Below, piece by piece: positions 13,845 through 28,100 of a stretch of DNA of 64,000 bases (its first letter is position 1; the number at the start of each line of letters is the position of its first letter). The DNA is taken from positions 82,832,001-82,896,000 of the forward strand of contig OX597819.1 in assembly GCA_951406725.2 (NCBI GenBank). Direction: 5' to 3'. The notes under the pieces were generated by a model. The model was not told where the DNA came from, made no database searches, and worked only from the letters and a program-made list of their open reading frames with translations. The stretch comes from Octopus vulgaris. Its lineage: Eukaryota. Both the position numbers and the translations under genes were made by a program.

Positions 13845-15040
13845 TTATTATTCATTTATTCACTTAACTTTTCTTGAGTTACTTATGTCACATCTCAGCT
13901 TCATTGTACAGCTTAGAGAAGTAACACTTTTCTCAACAATTGAGCTGTTTTAAGTAATGTTATCAACTGAATACTTCCTATGAAGTCTGGTATATGCAGT
14001 TTTTGAAGTCAGAATATTGCTCCTATCTCTTTGAGATGGTTCCAAGTGCATCAATCATAATACATATCACACTCACTTTTGCAGCTCTGTCAATTCGTTT
14101 CACTTCCAGTGCTAGACCTTGGTACTTTCCAATTTTCTTGCCCTCTGCCTTTACAATGCTCTATTCTGCAAGGATAACTTTGGACTTTTTCCATAGGAGG
14201 GTGATATCTGGTCAGTTATGCAGCAGCTTCTTGTCTGTATACATTAGCATATCCCATGTAAGTTTCACATGATCGTTTTCTGCTACTGGCAAAGATTGGC
14301 TCATACCACTTATTGGAACATTTAAACCCATACTTCTTGCACAACTTCCAATGTATTCACATTGCCGTTTTGTCATGTCTTTGTTTTTGTACTCCTTTTG
14401 GATCAGTTTTGAGCATCCACTAATTATATGTCTAACTGTCTCAGATGATTTTCCACATGGTCTACACAATGATGAAACTGCTGTCTTATCAATGTTACAC
14501 TTGATTGAGTTGGTTCGTAAAGCTTGTTCTTGAACAGGAAGAATCAGTCCTTTTGTCAACTTCTTTGAAAAAAAAAGTTATGTCTTTACTATCTGTATTC
14601 TTCATTTGATGTTTGCTGAGAAAACTCTCTGTGAAGGACTTCCTCTTTCCAGTTGATGATCTTTTCTCTATTAGATCTCATATTGTACTCCTGGCAGGTC
14701 TAACCATAGTCACTGATCACCATCTCACTCAGGGCAGCCTGCAACATTCTTTCATCACTATTCCTCAGATAAGCATGCAAGTACTTGGTCTCCTTCACAA
14801 ACTAGCCTCTGTTCCATCCAGTCTTCTTCCATCTTCCTTCCTAAGTAAAACCTTTCAATGTAGCAATTACCTTCCTAATTTTTCTACTCATGTTAACCTT
14901 TGTACATTCCACAATTCCTGCACAGTAATGTATCACACCGACTGTCATATGCATTGATGCCTCTAATCAGGTTCTTTCAGTCAACTTAGATCTACATAGC
15001 TTTTTAACTCTTCTGGTATATTCAGAAGAAATTTTCTCCT
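13845..15040 (-). mobile_element. 5'-truncated, frameshifted R4/Dong-like RLE non-LTR retrotransposon
   Basis: Minus-strand frames give EYTRRVKKLCRSKL..., IERFYL-RKEDGRRL, WKEEVLH, GLILPVQEQALRTN, the CCHC knuckle CRPCGKSSETVRHIISGC, an RHD motif, N*PDI, KIGKYQGLALE and terminal AQLLRKVLLL*. A short 3' UTR runs into (TAA)n. Confidence 0.8.
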
Positions 15041-15270
15041 CCATCTTGGTGTTCATCAGCTAGCCTTATTGTCATTATTATTATTATTGTTGTTTTACTT
15101 CTCAAAATGTTTGCTCTGATTGATTTTGTGAGAGCAGATACCAGCCTGTTGACAGAGGTCTCACAGGGTCTCTTTCCACACATCATAAGCTTTGATAAGT
15201 GGCTGTTAATTATTGTGGAAGGCATTCAACCCAAGGTACCAGCCTCAAAATCCTAGCTGTCTCCATCATT

Positions 15271-15490
15271 GTGGCAGCAAGCTAGCAGAATCGTTAGCAT
15301 GCCAGGCAAAGTGTTTAGTGGTATTTTGTCTGTCTTCACATTCTGAATTCAAATTCTACTGAGGTCAACTTTGCCTTTCATCCTTTCAAGGTCGATAAGA
15401 TAGGTACTAGTTGAGAACTGAGGGTCATTGTAAGTAACTTACCCCACTTCTGAAATTACTGGTATCAAAATTTGAAACCATTATCATCAT
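15271..15490 (+). mobile_element. SINE family B
   Basis: ggcagcaagctagcagaatcgttagca...ttctgaattcaaattct...gaggtcaactttgcctttcatcctttcaaggtcgataag...aaaatttgaaaccattatc; homologous to 42600-43330. Confidence 0.75.
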
Positions 15491-18400
15491 TGTCATCGTC
15501 TCATTAGGGACAAATAAATTGGCCTAAATGATATTGACAGATTAGATGCTTTATTGTGTCTAGTTTGATATCAGATACTACAGTATTCTAACTTTTATAT
15601 GGTTGATTAAACTATGCAATAGTAAGAAACTAAAGCCAGCTTAATCAACTCTACTTCCTTCAGTCTTCTTGTGCCAAGTCAAAAGAAATAATTCCTATTG
15701 TTCAATGAAACTTGTGTATTGGAATCATCTGGTTACAGAAGTTTATAAACCAGATCTTACAAGATGCTTATTGTCTATACCATGATTTCAAGAGTGCTCT
15801 TTTCAATAGTCATTGAAAGCAAGTTTTGCAGTAGCCATATTATCAATTACATATCTTATTTACCTTGAATTGATAAACATCATGTGTAGTAGCTTCTACT
15901 TTTTATTGCACTTTTTTCTGAATTTGATATTTGGAGAAGATTATGTGCTCTATTTTTCAGCCATCCTTGAATCTGTTTTGGCTCTTTATGATTCTTATTT
16001 GAAGATATTACAGATATTAGAATCTATGTGCTACTTGAAGCTCAGTTTTTGTAACAGATTATCTAAACCAATAGCCTATTGTTTCTTTTATTCAACAAAT
16101 TTTTATGAATATATTTTCTCCCTGTGTTTCATAAAAATGGCACCCAAAATTGAACACTTTATTTAAAGATAATGACTCATTTTGTTGTACCAATGCTAAG
16201 TAATGAAAGAAATTTCAAAAATTATTTTTCATGTTAATCATAACAAAATTCTGACATAATACATAAGTCAATCTTTAACTAGATTTTTTTTTTAATTATT
16301 GCAATATAAATTGTCAGTTATAAACTGTCTTCTCTTTCTAGAATCCCTAATAAACACATAATAACTCTTAATCTGAACTTGAACCTTCTTTATGTTATGC
16401 TTTTCTCCAAGCATTAGTGCACTACAATTCAAAACCAAATTTTCCTTCGTCCAGATACCACTGTGATTTAATCTAAGATGATATAAAAAGAAAAACATTA
16501 CCTCTGTTTTTGCGACAGTAAATGCACTATTGCAGTAACTGTTGTGAAAAGAACCAAGGGTTATTCTATAAAGAGCCAACTGAAATCAGAAACAATTCAT
16601 TGTTACCTAAGTAAGCTAGATATCACTAGTATTAATGAAATTAGTAAGACCACAGATATTACTTCAAAACTGGCACTGGCATTGTGTGCTCATATGAAGT
16701 TTATCATCTTGCTTAATTGTAGAAGGAAAGCATAAATGTAACAAAATGTAAAAATACTTATGAAATATAACAAAAAATATACTGCAATTGTCAGAAATAA
16801 CTTCTTTGTTTTAATTTTTCTCAACAATAAATCTAAATTTTTAAAATTTATTTTTATGAAATAGGAATTTTCATTTAAACAAATATACCTTGTGTTCAAA
16901 ATATCGATGAGTCTGAGATCAAATACGTTCTCTAAAGTGATTGTGAGTTGCATAATAAAAAGAAATGTTGAAATGTTTGCAAACTAATTATGCTAAATGA
17001 AGTGTGAATGTAACTATTAGGCAAAAAAAGGAATATTGAAGCAACTAGGCAATGGTACTTCTTGCAAACAAAGTGTGAATTAGCATTACTGCTACTTTAG
17101 TTGTTTAATGTAAATGACAGAGTATTCAGGCAAACCTGAAGTTGAAATGTATGTATGTTCACTGTGTGTATTTGTATTTGTGTTCATGTATGTTAAAAAG
17201 AGAGAGAAACATAGAGATGGAGAGAGAAAGAGAGAAAAATTGACTAAGAGAAAGCAGAGATATTAAGATGCCCAATAACCTTTCTTTTAATATCAAGATT
17301 TCATTTGTTAATCAACAAAATTTAATTTTCCATTATTTAATTGGCCTGCTAAAGGTTTTTCAACAGTCTCTACATTTATGTTAATTAAATTAACTACAAA
17401 GTAATTTTGGCAATTTCTTTGTGTATTATTTGCTTTTTTTAGTGCTGTTTATAAATTAATTTATTTCGCTTTATACAAATGTTATTATTTATTAAGCTAC
17501 AAAATTTCATGAATTTACAAAAATGTATTATAAGAACTTATTTAAAAATGCATTGAATAACTCTATTCTTTCTTTATCTTTCCAATATACTGAAAGCATT
17601 TGTTTAAACGTCAATTTAGTTCACATGATATCTAACAGTGTAGTGATGTTGAAGAATGGGCTCTTCAAAATGTACTGAGAGTTTCTAACATAACACAAAC
17701 AATATAAAATCTAACTCATGTTGAAGTGTACAAGCTAAAAGAAATTAATGTAGCTATCAGACCATTGCAACTAAAGCAAAGAAATACATTTACTGAGGAT
17801 AGACAAAAAAATGCATTATCTAATGTAGTTATGGATAACGAAATTTTCTTATAAGGGGAATTACAGTATACCTCTGACGAAATTTTTACACAAACCATTC
17901 TTCAATGTTAAACATGCTATTGGAGTTCTGGGATTGACTAGTCAGTATTTAATAAAATAATATCAAAAGGAAATGATTGATGAGAATTAGCAAAAATATT
18001 TATATACTCAGTAGATTTATGTTACTGAAAGCAAAGTAAAGTTGATTGCTTGTTTTGAAATATTTTGAAAGGAAAGCATGTTGAACAAAGAACATTAATG
18101 GAATAATGAAACTAACATAATCCCACACAATCAAATTATGGTAAATTTAGACAGAACTCTTCTATTACCAATTATGCTTAAAATATTTTTGAGTGAAGTA
18201 GGTAAAAGTGTTTTGTAGATAATAAACACATGGTTGTTTATAAATCTACATTTAACAGTATGAACTCTATAAAAAATAAAGATCCTTTTAGCAGGCACTT
18301 TTTGTTCACTAGCTACACAATCAATGGTGTTTTTAAATTATTCAAACTCTTCATAGTTCACTGAGTCACATGAAATAACAGTAAATCATCCTTAAAAACC

Positions 18401-19400
18401 AGAGATAAATTGTTGGTATGCATAAAAGTTTTGAAGGATGCTTATACATTATGCTTTGGAATGAATGAGAGACAATTTTTTTCTTTTCATTAGTTTTTTT
18501 ATTATTTTTGGTTTGATTTACTAACTTACAGTTTGAAAGTAGAAATATCAATAGTTTGAATAATTAACAACACCATTTATATAATAAGCTAGCGATCAAT
18601 ATGTTCTAACAAGGCAGCTGTGATAACAAAATGTATGTATGATAGATGAATCAAGGGGTTTGTATAAACAATTGTTAAAGGCTAGTAATTATTGACCAAA
18701 AATGAAGACAAAATATTCATAGACAAAGCAATGTTATGTGAATGAAATCAATCTAAGATTGAAGGGAATGACTACAGTGTTGATGATAATTTATTTATGG
18801 TGGCTGCATAGACTAAATTCAGATTAGTACATTCTGTCAGATATGGTTTGTGGGCTATATTGGAATATTGGCTGAAACCAAATTCAGTTTTATCATACAA
18901 AAAACAAGATTATAATTTTCAAGTGATATTGAAGTAGATTATGGTATGACTGTGTTTAGTAGAGAAAAGATAATCTAAAGAAATTTGTAAAACAATAGTT
19001 TACTTTATGGTAAAAAACAAGCTTACTCAACTGTAATATATATTTTGTCCTATTATTGAAAATAATACCTGATTCCAATGCATGAGTAGAATAGTTGTAA
19101 TCTGGAAAGAAAACATGACAAGCATTTATGATTAAAACAATCAACACTAATATAGAATCTCTAGAAAATCAATGAGAATAAAATATAAAATTAACACCTA
19201 AATATACTTCACTGACAATAGAGTTTACATACTGTGAAAGAAATATGGCAAGTACTCATAATTAAAATAATCATCACTAATGTAGAATCACAGAAGAAAA
19301 ATAGGAGAATGGAATATATTATTGATTTCATTTAGATAGAAACAGAAAGTTAATAAGTATCTTGAAAGTTTCTTGCAGTCTGAGTGCTATTAATATTCAT

Positions 19401-19520
19401 TTATTCTTTTACTGGTTTCAGTCATCAGACTGCAGACATGCTGGCACACCACATCCTAGGGTTTTAGTAAGTTGTACCAACTCCAGTACCTTGGCTGGAG
19501 TTCAATTTATCAATACCTAG
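19401..19520 (-). mobile_element. SINE family A 3' tail fragment
   Basis: cttttactggtttcagtcatcagactgcagacatgctgg is the reverse complement of the family A tail. Confidence 0.55.
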
Positions 19521-20266
19521 GCAACAAATTACTGAGTTCACATAAGTTACATCTCTAATGTGCTAACTCACTTTTATAGTCTTAAATCAGGCAAGATATT
19601 TACACAAAATAACACACTTATAAGCAGACAAAATGACATATGCACACATGATGTTTGATTTGATTCAGCCAATCCACCGTTTTTCCCCATCATTAATGAT
19701 GGAATAAGTCTCATTTTTTAATTATATGTTATTTCCACTACTTAAGCGTATATATGCGTGTGTGTATGTATGTATGTATGTACACTCCAAATCTTATATC
19801 CAATGTTGTTTTCAATTAGTCTTTTAATCTCGTTGACTGATATAGCAATTACTGATCATGGACATTTGCTATCTGTGTGTAATTCAAGGAGATGTAAAAA
19901 TAGGATTTTAAACATGAAATTATTATATTTATAAAATCACACATATTTGACAAGGGAAGTTCAGTAGTCACCAAGATGTTGGCAATCATGAAAATACAGA
20001 GAGTAATTATTAAAAAATTCATGTTGCTTATATTTAGAAATATGTTGAACACTTCTCATCAAAAGTAAATTAGTATATATATATATATAGGTGCAGATGT
20101 GGGTGTGTGGTAAGAAGCTTGCTTCCCAGCCACATGGTTCCAGGTTCAATTCCACTCTGTGTCACCTTGGGCAACTATCTTATGCTATAGCCTCAGGCTA
20201 ACTGAAGACTTGTGAGTGGATCTGGTAGATGGAAACTGAAAGAAACCCATCATATATATACATATG

Positions 20267-20320
<54 letters not shown>

Positions 20321-20324
20321 CATA

Positions 20325-21607
20325 CAGGGTGTGATGAATAAATTGTCATCTAAATTATGTAAAAATGAAAATAACACTGACATCTCATTTTAATAGATAT
20401 ATTTACCATAATTACATGAAAATCTTGAAATACCAAAGAGTAAATTTATTCAATAAAATCACCATTTGCTTCAACCACGGCCTTCAGACGACTTTGGAAT
20501 CTCCTGCAACTCTTCTGGATGGTCTCCTTGTTTAAGTTGATGAATGCTGCCATAATCCTTGTCTTCAGTTCATCTTTGGTGTTACAAAGAGTTTTGATCA
20601 TCTCTCGCTCAATTGCAGCCCACACATAATAATCAAGGGGATTGCAATCTGGGGAGTTTGGTGGCTAGATGTTAGGGGTGATGTGGTCTGACAGCCATGA
20701 CTGGGTTCTCCTGCTTGTGTGGCATGGTGCAGAGTTTTGTTGCCAGACATAGGGTCTTCCAGCATCCACCCTCTTCACCCAGAGCAGCTCTACCTCCTCC
20801 AGACACTTAATGCAGGCCTCTGTGTTGGAGTCTGAGGCCATGTGGGAAGATGAATGGAGTCCTAACATCGCCATCACTAATGATCACTCCAAACACCATG
20901 ATGTTGAGTGAATATTTGATTTTCATCACTCTCGGTACATGTTTTGAGAACACGACAAACCAACAATTGTTCTGTGTGTTCACCATCTGATCATGGCAGA
21001 AATTTTTCTCATCTGAGAAAAACCAAAGCATGTTCGATTGGAGGGGATGCTTGAGTTTGTTCAAAAGCTTCGTAGCATGGTTTTTTTCCTTGTCCTTGAT
21101 GGTTTGATATAAAAATTGGCCCTTTCTCATCTTGTATGAGGAATACTGAATGTATTCATGCATTACCTGCCTGATAAGAAACTCAGACACTTCCATGTCC
21201 CTGGTGATGGACCTCATTGACTTGGAGGGATCATTGTCAATCATGGCCTGGATCTCACCAACAAATTCAGAAGTGAGTTCTTTTCTCATCAGAACAATCA
21301 GAGTGAGTTTTCCAAGCTGCCATACCTTCATAATCATTAGTTTCATCCAACTCTTTCCAAATCCTCTGCACTGACCTCAGATTGATACCCAAACAATCTG
21401 AAATGTTCATATTGGAGCTTCCATCATGAATACCAGGCAGTACAGCATGTTGTTTCCAAATTTCTAGCAGAGTGAACTGCATCATAGTGGTGTTTTTCTC
21501 AGAGATGGTGCCCAACTGACTCTACCATACTGTGTAGCCAACAAAATCAAAAACAATGAGCATGTGCCAAATAAAAAGTATAAAATATAAATTTAACCAT
21601 CACACTC

Positions 21608-21609
<2 letters not shown>
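20325..21609 (-). mobile_element. Full-length (~1.29 kb) Tc1/mariner superfamily transposon, maT/DD37D-like
   Basis: TIRs cagggtgtgatgaataaatt and aatttaaccatcacactctg. Preceded by TA and embedded in a TA tract. Contains a transposase pseudogene. Confidence 0.9.
20446..21515 (-). pseudogene. Frameshifted transposase (DD37D/maT-like)
   Basis: ORF pieces give an HTH region, WFFSDEKNF, VWQQNSAPCHTSRRTQSWL and NI*PPNSPDCNPLDYYVW, ending VEANGDFIE*. At least two frameshifts and an internal stop. Confidence 0.85.
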
Positions 21610-21651
<42 letters not shown>

Positions 21652-21885
21652 TGTGTGTAGGTGTCTTTGTGTTTGTGTTTGTCTTCCACCACTGATTGAC
21701 AACCACTGTTGATGTGTTATGTCCCCATAACCTAGTGGTTCAGCAAAAGAGAGTGATAGAATAAGTATCAGGTTTTAAAGAAAAAAGTACGGCGGTTGAT
21801 TCATTCAACTAAACAAATTCAAAGGTGGTGTCCCAGTATGGCTGCAGTCTAATGACTGAAACAAGTAAAAGATAGAAGATAAAAG

Positions 21886-21886
<1 letters not shown>

Positions 21887-21958
<72 letters not shown>

Positions 21959-21968
21959 TGAGTGTGTG
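21887..21968. repeat. (TG)n microsatellite
   Basis: Directly visible. Confidence 0.95.
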
Positions 21969-24900
21969 TTATAAATTTATAACTTAAGAATACAGTAAAA
22001 TAACATAAAATAGTTAAAATGGAAATAGCCATCAATGGTTTTGTCTAGCAGAAAATAATTTCTTAAGTGAATTTTGTTATCAAATAACTTTGTCAGCAAA
22101 GCCCTTTCCAACCCATAATTAAATAATATAAATATTCCCTTCTACTTTGTCAGGATCAACAACCCATATTCTGATATCCTTCTTCTCACACATAGACTCC
22201 AACATATACACACCATTTTCCACTTCACACCCATTTTCATCAGATAAGTCTCAGTTACACATATGGTTATTGCTTTATAGATATAAGCTTACCCTCCAAG
22301 AAATAGTTTCATTCACAATTTACAAATTCAAGAATCCAAAAAGTATCATTGTAGTATTTTTACATTACTATATCTTCTCTATTCCTTGATATTGTACAAT
22401 TTCACTATTCCTGCCTCTCATGCAAACTAAACTTGCTTCTTTAGTCTCTATAATAAAAACCCAGCAACTTTCTATAATTTAATTAATTTATTGTCAAGTA
22501 TATTTAGGGCTTTGAATTTATCCCTTTGTAATAGAAATACCTAGAAATTTTGTTTTGTGCTTTCTCACCATCATTATTCAACATCCAAAACAATTGCCAT
22601 CTACTTGAAATGAAAGCAGTCACTTGATAAAATCCTTTAAACTTTGGTTTAAAGCTGAGTGATGCATTTCCTTTGTATCTTTTACTATACTTAAACAGTT
22701 TTCACTCCTGAAGTTGCTGATGGTATACTTAACCTATTTAAACCCTTTTTATCCGTTAGGAACTAAGGAGGGATTATGTACATGGCCACTCAACATAGCA
22801 ACCAATGTTCCCTCAAACTACACCATAACACTTTAAAATTGAAAGAACCGATTGGATATTGTAGTTCAGAGCAAACTATCCATGAAAAAAAAGCAATGGG
22901 GTGGTTATGGCTTGAATGCCTTTGATCATAGGACCCATTTAAGCAGAGCTGGCTTGAGTTAAACACTAATAACAAACCCTTTTAATAGAATAGATGCATC
23001 TCTCCTCATATCATCACTACTGTGTCTCAATCAACTGTATTAACCACACCACTCTGAGACAATCTGTAATAGCATATGACATTGATGCTCAGTTTTGGGA
23101 CTATCATCTTACTACAAAAATGGTTTTGCCCAAGCTTTCTTACCCCTCTCTGCCAATATTTTCTCTGTAACCTTTCCAGTTGAGCGATTAGCCATTTATC
23201 ATAACCCATTTATCTTAATCAAGGGAGACCTGAAAATACATATCCTGCACCAAATTAATTAATATATGAATTGATTTATATAAAATCATATAGTCTAACT
23301 TTGATTTGAGTTTTCTCATAATTTTCGTTTCTGTTTATTTAACAGTATTTTATATTTTTAATATTGCTTAAAATAATTAAAAGTTATATAATTTATCTAC
23401 TTAAATATTTGAATGACAAATATATTTTATCAGAAAATAAAGTATACCTCTTATTAAAGGATATAGAAACTCAGAGAGAAAATACAAATTTCAATTAATT
23501 TAATCATGAAACAAACTCATATATTAATTATAATACAACTTATTTATGAAATATTATATATTGGTAAATATATTTCAATTATATAATTTCCTTATATCAT
23601 TTATTGAAAGTGCATATAGATGAACTTGCAATGACTTATCCATAATGTATTAACATACAACCTATTGCATTAAATAATAATTCATTTACATTATATTCTT
23701 TTTTATAGTTAAAGAAGTAATTTAGCAACAATATTTTGAAGCCTTAATTACTGTTATATCACATATATTTAAAGTTTAAATTAATGTCTGTAACAGAAAG
23801 CCTTGAACATTTTTACCATTATAAATTTGCATTATTCCATTGCATACAATATACCACTTTAACCATAATTTATTGTATATTAAATTTATCTTTAGCTAAT
23901 TTTTGATAAATTCCCTAGTTTTAAATGAGTCTCTTGCTAAAAACTTTTTTTAAGTCATTTTAAATGGCTTCTTAGTTAATTATGTTTTAATTTATTATAT
24001 TGTTAGAAAAGAAGTTAACTTATTTCTAGCTATCATACCAGCTAAACTTTTAGGAGCTATCAAAGCAACTTCTACATAGTCCCTTTGATAATATAGAAAT
24101 TAAATGTACTTTTAACAATCCACTTTCTGTCTTCCAAATTGAGACCACAGTATTTACACTCTAAATATCAGAACGGCATATCCCACTACATTGATTTATA
24201 CTAAGGAATTACTTTTCTGTGCTGGTCTCATTTAAATTAATACATTTCAAATCTGTTTTCTGATTGTTAATACTTTATTTTATTTTCTCTCTAAAGACTA
24301 TATATTTCACTGCAATTCCAATTCTTCCCTAATAAAAAAAGAAAAATTATTAGTAGCCTATAGAGCTTCCATAGAATGTAAAACTACTACTAATTATAGG
24401 TATGAAACGTTTAAGGTATGATGCAAAGTTACCCAAATTAAATCATTCCTGCTTTGCTAGGAGACTAATATCACAGAATATTTTCTAATTTATGAACTTT
24501 CTTAAGCCTATTTGCATTTCATATACGTAGTCATTGTATTTGAGTCAGGAAACATGTTGTTAAAATGCAGTGTGATGGTTTTTAGAAAATATGATGTCAT
24601 TTAAATAACTTGATAAATTTTTTTGACAGTTACTTTAAGAAAATACTTTATTATATCACAAGTGATTTAGGCAAGTACATAGCTACGTGGAGAGACAAAA
24701 TGGTGAAAACCTTTACTGAACCAAAGGGATGCTGAAGGAGCTATTATATCCTTGTGAGGTACATCATTCAGTTGATTATCTTAACTCACACTAAGTATGA
24801 AGGTGGTTTGAGCACCCCAAGATACAGGAAGTTTCCACCAATAAGGATCTCAAAAGAAACCTATCATGGAGCAGTCATCTTGTGGTCCATGGCTTGTTGG

Positions 24901-25058
24901 GTGACAAAATTGTATATAATGCCAATTTCACAAGATTGCTATTAAAAGTGTTACTAAATGTTGCATCCTATATTAGAAACCTTCTAACTTGTAATGATAA
25001 AATGTTGATGCAATTTGGGTTTTTTTGCTGTCCTTTCAGACTAACCTATTGGCTTACT

Positions 25059-25100
25059 ACACACACTCATACACACACACATACTCACTTGCGTGCACAT

Positions 25101-25168
<68 letters not shown>
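25059..25168. repeat. (CA)n microsatellite
   Basis: Directly visible. Confidence 0.95.
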
Positions 25169-25169
<1 letters not shown>

Positions 25170-28100
25170 AGTATGAATACACACATAACAATAAATGTTT
25201 TGTAGCTGACTTTTTATTCACATTCTCTCCACAAGACTTGATTTTATTATATCTTTCTATATCTACTATCAATTAAAAAATGAAAGAGCATAAATATTTC
25301 TAACATGTTTAGTTTTTAATGCTTAGGTTTTTATGCAATATCTATTATATTTATTTCCTTATACTGAGGCCAAAATAAGATCGAGTTTTCTTAAATATGA
25401 CATCTTTAAGTCATGTCATGTATCTACATAAATATCAAACTGTAAAAAAAATGGGAAAAACTTTGAGGAATATCACTTTTTCCTTATCTTATATGCATAT
25501 ATAAAATAGGTATTAATAAGTGACGTTGTAAGTAAACTATACTTCACTAAGAATTTATGCTTTATTTTCTGGAAAAGTTGCAAATATTTATCATTTATTG
25601 CAAATCCACTTTAAATTTTGATAAAAAAAACTGATTGAAATTTCGATATATTTTTAAAAAGATATGTAGTTTTGAGTTCCAATATCCATATGAATTCATA
25701 TCAATTCCTCTTTCCAACTTCTGATTTAGGGTAGCTCTTCTGGTGATTGTTTCTGTGTTTTTTTCTTTTCGATTTTCTCTATTAAAACTTTAAAAAATCA
25801 AAAGTACTGAATGCTTATAGGTTATTACTGTTTTGCCCACCGCATGATTTGCAATGCTTGTGAAACATCATTTCTGAGTTGTGCATGCATTAGTGCATGC
25901 AAATAGTAGGTGATAATGTGTGACTTATGAGAAGCAATAGTTTTTCTCTTTTTTAAGGGATTTAATTCTCCTTTAAATAAATGACATAAACTCACATTAA
26001 TTCTAACTGCTTCCTCCTGTATTGATTTACATAAAGCTGTCATTTGTTAGTTATACTTTTACGAAAATTAATGGATATTTTACCATATGTTATACGTTTG
26101 ATTGTCTTTAAAATGTATATAGATAATATATATACATCATTAAATCCACCAAGTTTGGTTTACATGTCACATAGTGTGTCTCCAAATCATGATTCTACAT
26201 TTATTTCGTGATATCTTGGCAGAATGAGATACAGATAGGAAACGTTTTCCAAATAAGGTTAAGAGTTTAAACTACGTACTGATGTGTATTTTGTTTATGA
26301 GTAGTAAAGCTTACCTTATTGTAATATATTTCGATAGCTTCCTGTTGTCACACATCTGTTAACGCAAATATATTCATTTCTATTCCTCTTGTTGGAATTG
26401 AAAAAACTGGTGTTTTGTTTTACTCTTATATATCTTAACTCTTTTGCAAGTGTTATATATCTCTTTTCATCATATGTCCTTTATTTCTGCTGGTTTTATT
26501 TTAAGGAAGATATGACCAAACATTGTTTTCTGCAGGAAGAGAATTCTTATTTTGAATATCAAAATTCTCCTATTCTTCTATTAGGGGTGTAACACTGTCC
26601 ATCCATAAATTTCCGGCAGCTGGGAAGGTTATCTTTGCTCATCACTGTCATCTTAGTATAATTAATTCTGTAATGTATAAAGGTCGATAATTGTATTTTA
26701 AGTAAAATTTTAATTCTCATCAATTCTCTTTAGACTGAGATAATTCATCTTTTGACTAAAACAGCAAGGAATTTGTGTTTGTTCTTCCATACTTTCTTAC
26801 TTGGTGGTTGACTTAAAATTGTTCTGTCTTGCTCTTCTCTCATCTGTCATTTTTGGTAAATTTTTATAGCAATGATTAAGTTCTAGTCTAAATAGTTTTT
26901 ATTTAATTATTAGGTTGCCATGCTACTTGTAACTCTAACACTTGCCATTGTTTTTGTCAGTAAGAAGACTTCCAACATTACAGCTAACTATAACTGATAT
27001 AACATCATTGTTAAAACCATATGAGAAAACACTGATAGATTTTAACATGATTAACCTGCTCTGAAGATAAATGAATTGAAGCAGAAAGCTACAAAAATAG
27101 CTTCTTGTCTGTAATAACATTGCATGTAAAAGAAGCTTTGTTGTATTGATTTAAGGACTTGATAAAGAGTTAAAAATGTTAGATGAAATATTTTTCTGCC
27201 ACACAGAGAGGCAACAACAGAAAAAGTTTATCAGATAGCATTTCTGATATTGACATTTCTGTTTTAGATGGAAGAGTATCTTTTTATTGGGCACTTTATG
27301 AAGTGACATCAAGACAAAGAGGATTTTTCAAGATGAGATACTGAAAGTTGTGGATCCAAGCATATATAGAGAGAGAAACCTGAGAAGTTATGAACTTCTT
27401 CTGAAACGTTTGCAACTGATACAATTTTATTCATTTGAAATAAAGTATATGACTTGTGTTGTCATTAAACATTATCAGTTTATTGAGAAAGTAGTGAAGA
27501 TTCTTATAGCTAGATGAAGTAGATGTCTGATAATAGAAGCTAATGTTATCAATACACAGAAAGTTGGATAAAAGAGAAATGGAAGCAATGGGACTGATGT
27601 ATGTTACCATATTATTGAAGAGATTAAGGGTCAAGGAGCTTACTGTTGAGTGGATTGATTAGCAGAATATAAAAAAAAGGAAGGTTTCGATCAGTAGATT
27701 AATTCTTAGTATAAGCCAGGAGAAAGAAATTTTGCTAAGAGATTTTTCTGTTGTGCTTTGTCAAAGGCTTTACTTTTATTGAATAAGTCTTGTGTGTCAT
27801 ATATATAAGGAGGTATATCACCTATAGATATATATTTTGGTGGTTTAAGTTCAAAGATGAAAGAGAGAGGAGAAGGTGAAATAAAGTATCAAATTAGATT
27901 GCTGATAAAAATTGCTTCCACCATCTTAAAATCAATGGGACTGAGATCAGAAGCATCTGCCTCACATATATGACAAAGGGATTCAAACTTCTATGATTTT
28001 TGGTACTGGCCAAGTTGTATTTAATTAAGATGTACAAATTCTGTAATGGTGCTTACTGAATGAAAGATTTATAGAAGTTAGTGGTTGACGAAATTGTAAA

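Larger units (their letters stand above)
20090..21886 (+). mobile_element. SINE family A copy interrupted by a Tc1/mariner insertion
   Basis: Head 20090-20251 (gtgtgtggtaagaagcttgc...ggttcaattcc, A/B-box like) and body/tail 21650-21886 together reconstruct the intact copy at 61863-62289. Confidence 0.8.

Noticed and set aside
25821-25910. Cys-rich short frame after an AG, with GCATG/ATGCAAAT motifs
   Set aside because: Ends in a stop, has no module-like Cys spacing, and the motifs are too short to be significant without conservation data.
27180-27960. Purine-rich stretch with 'SPIASISLLSNF', possibly an ancient LINE RT remnant (similar hints at 7890-8060 and 23000-23220)
   Set aside because: Motif similarity is too weak to support a call by eye.
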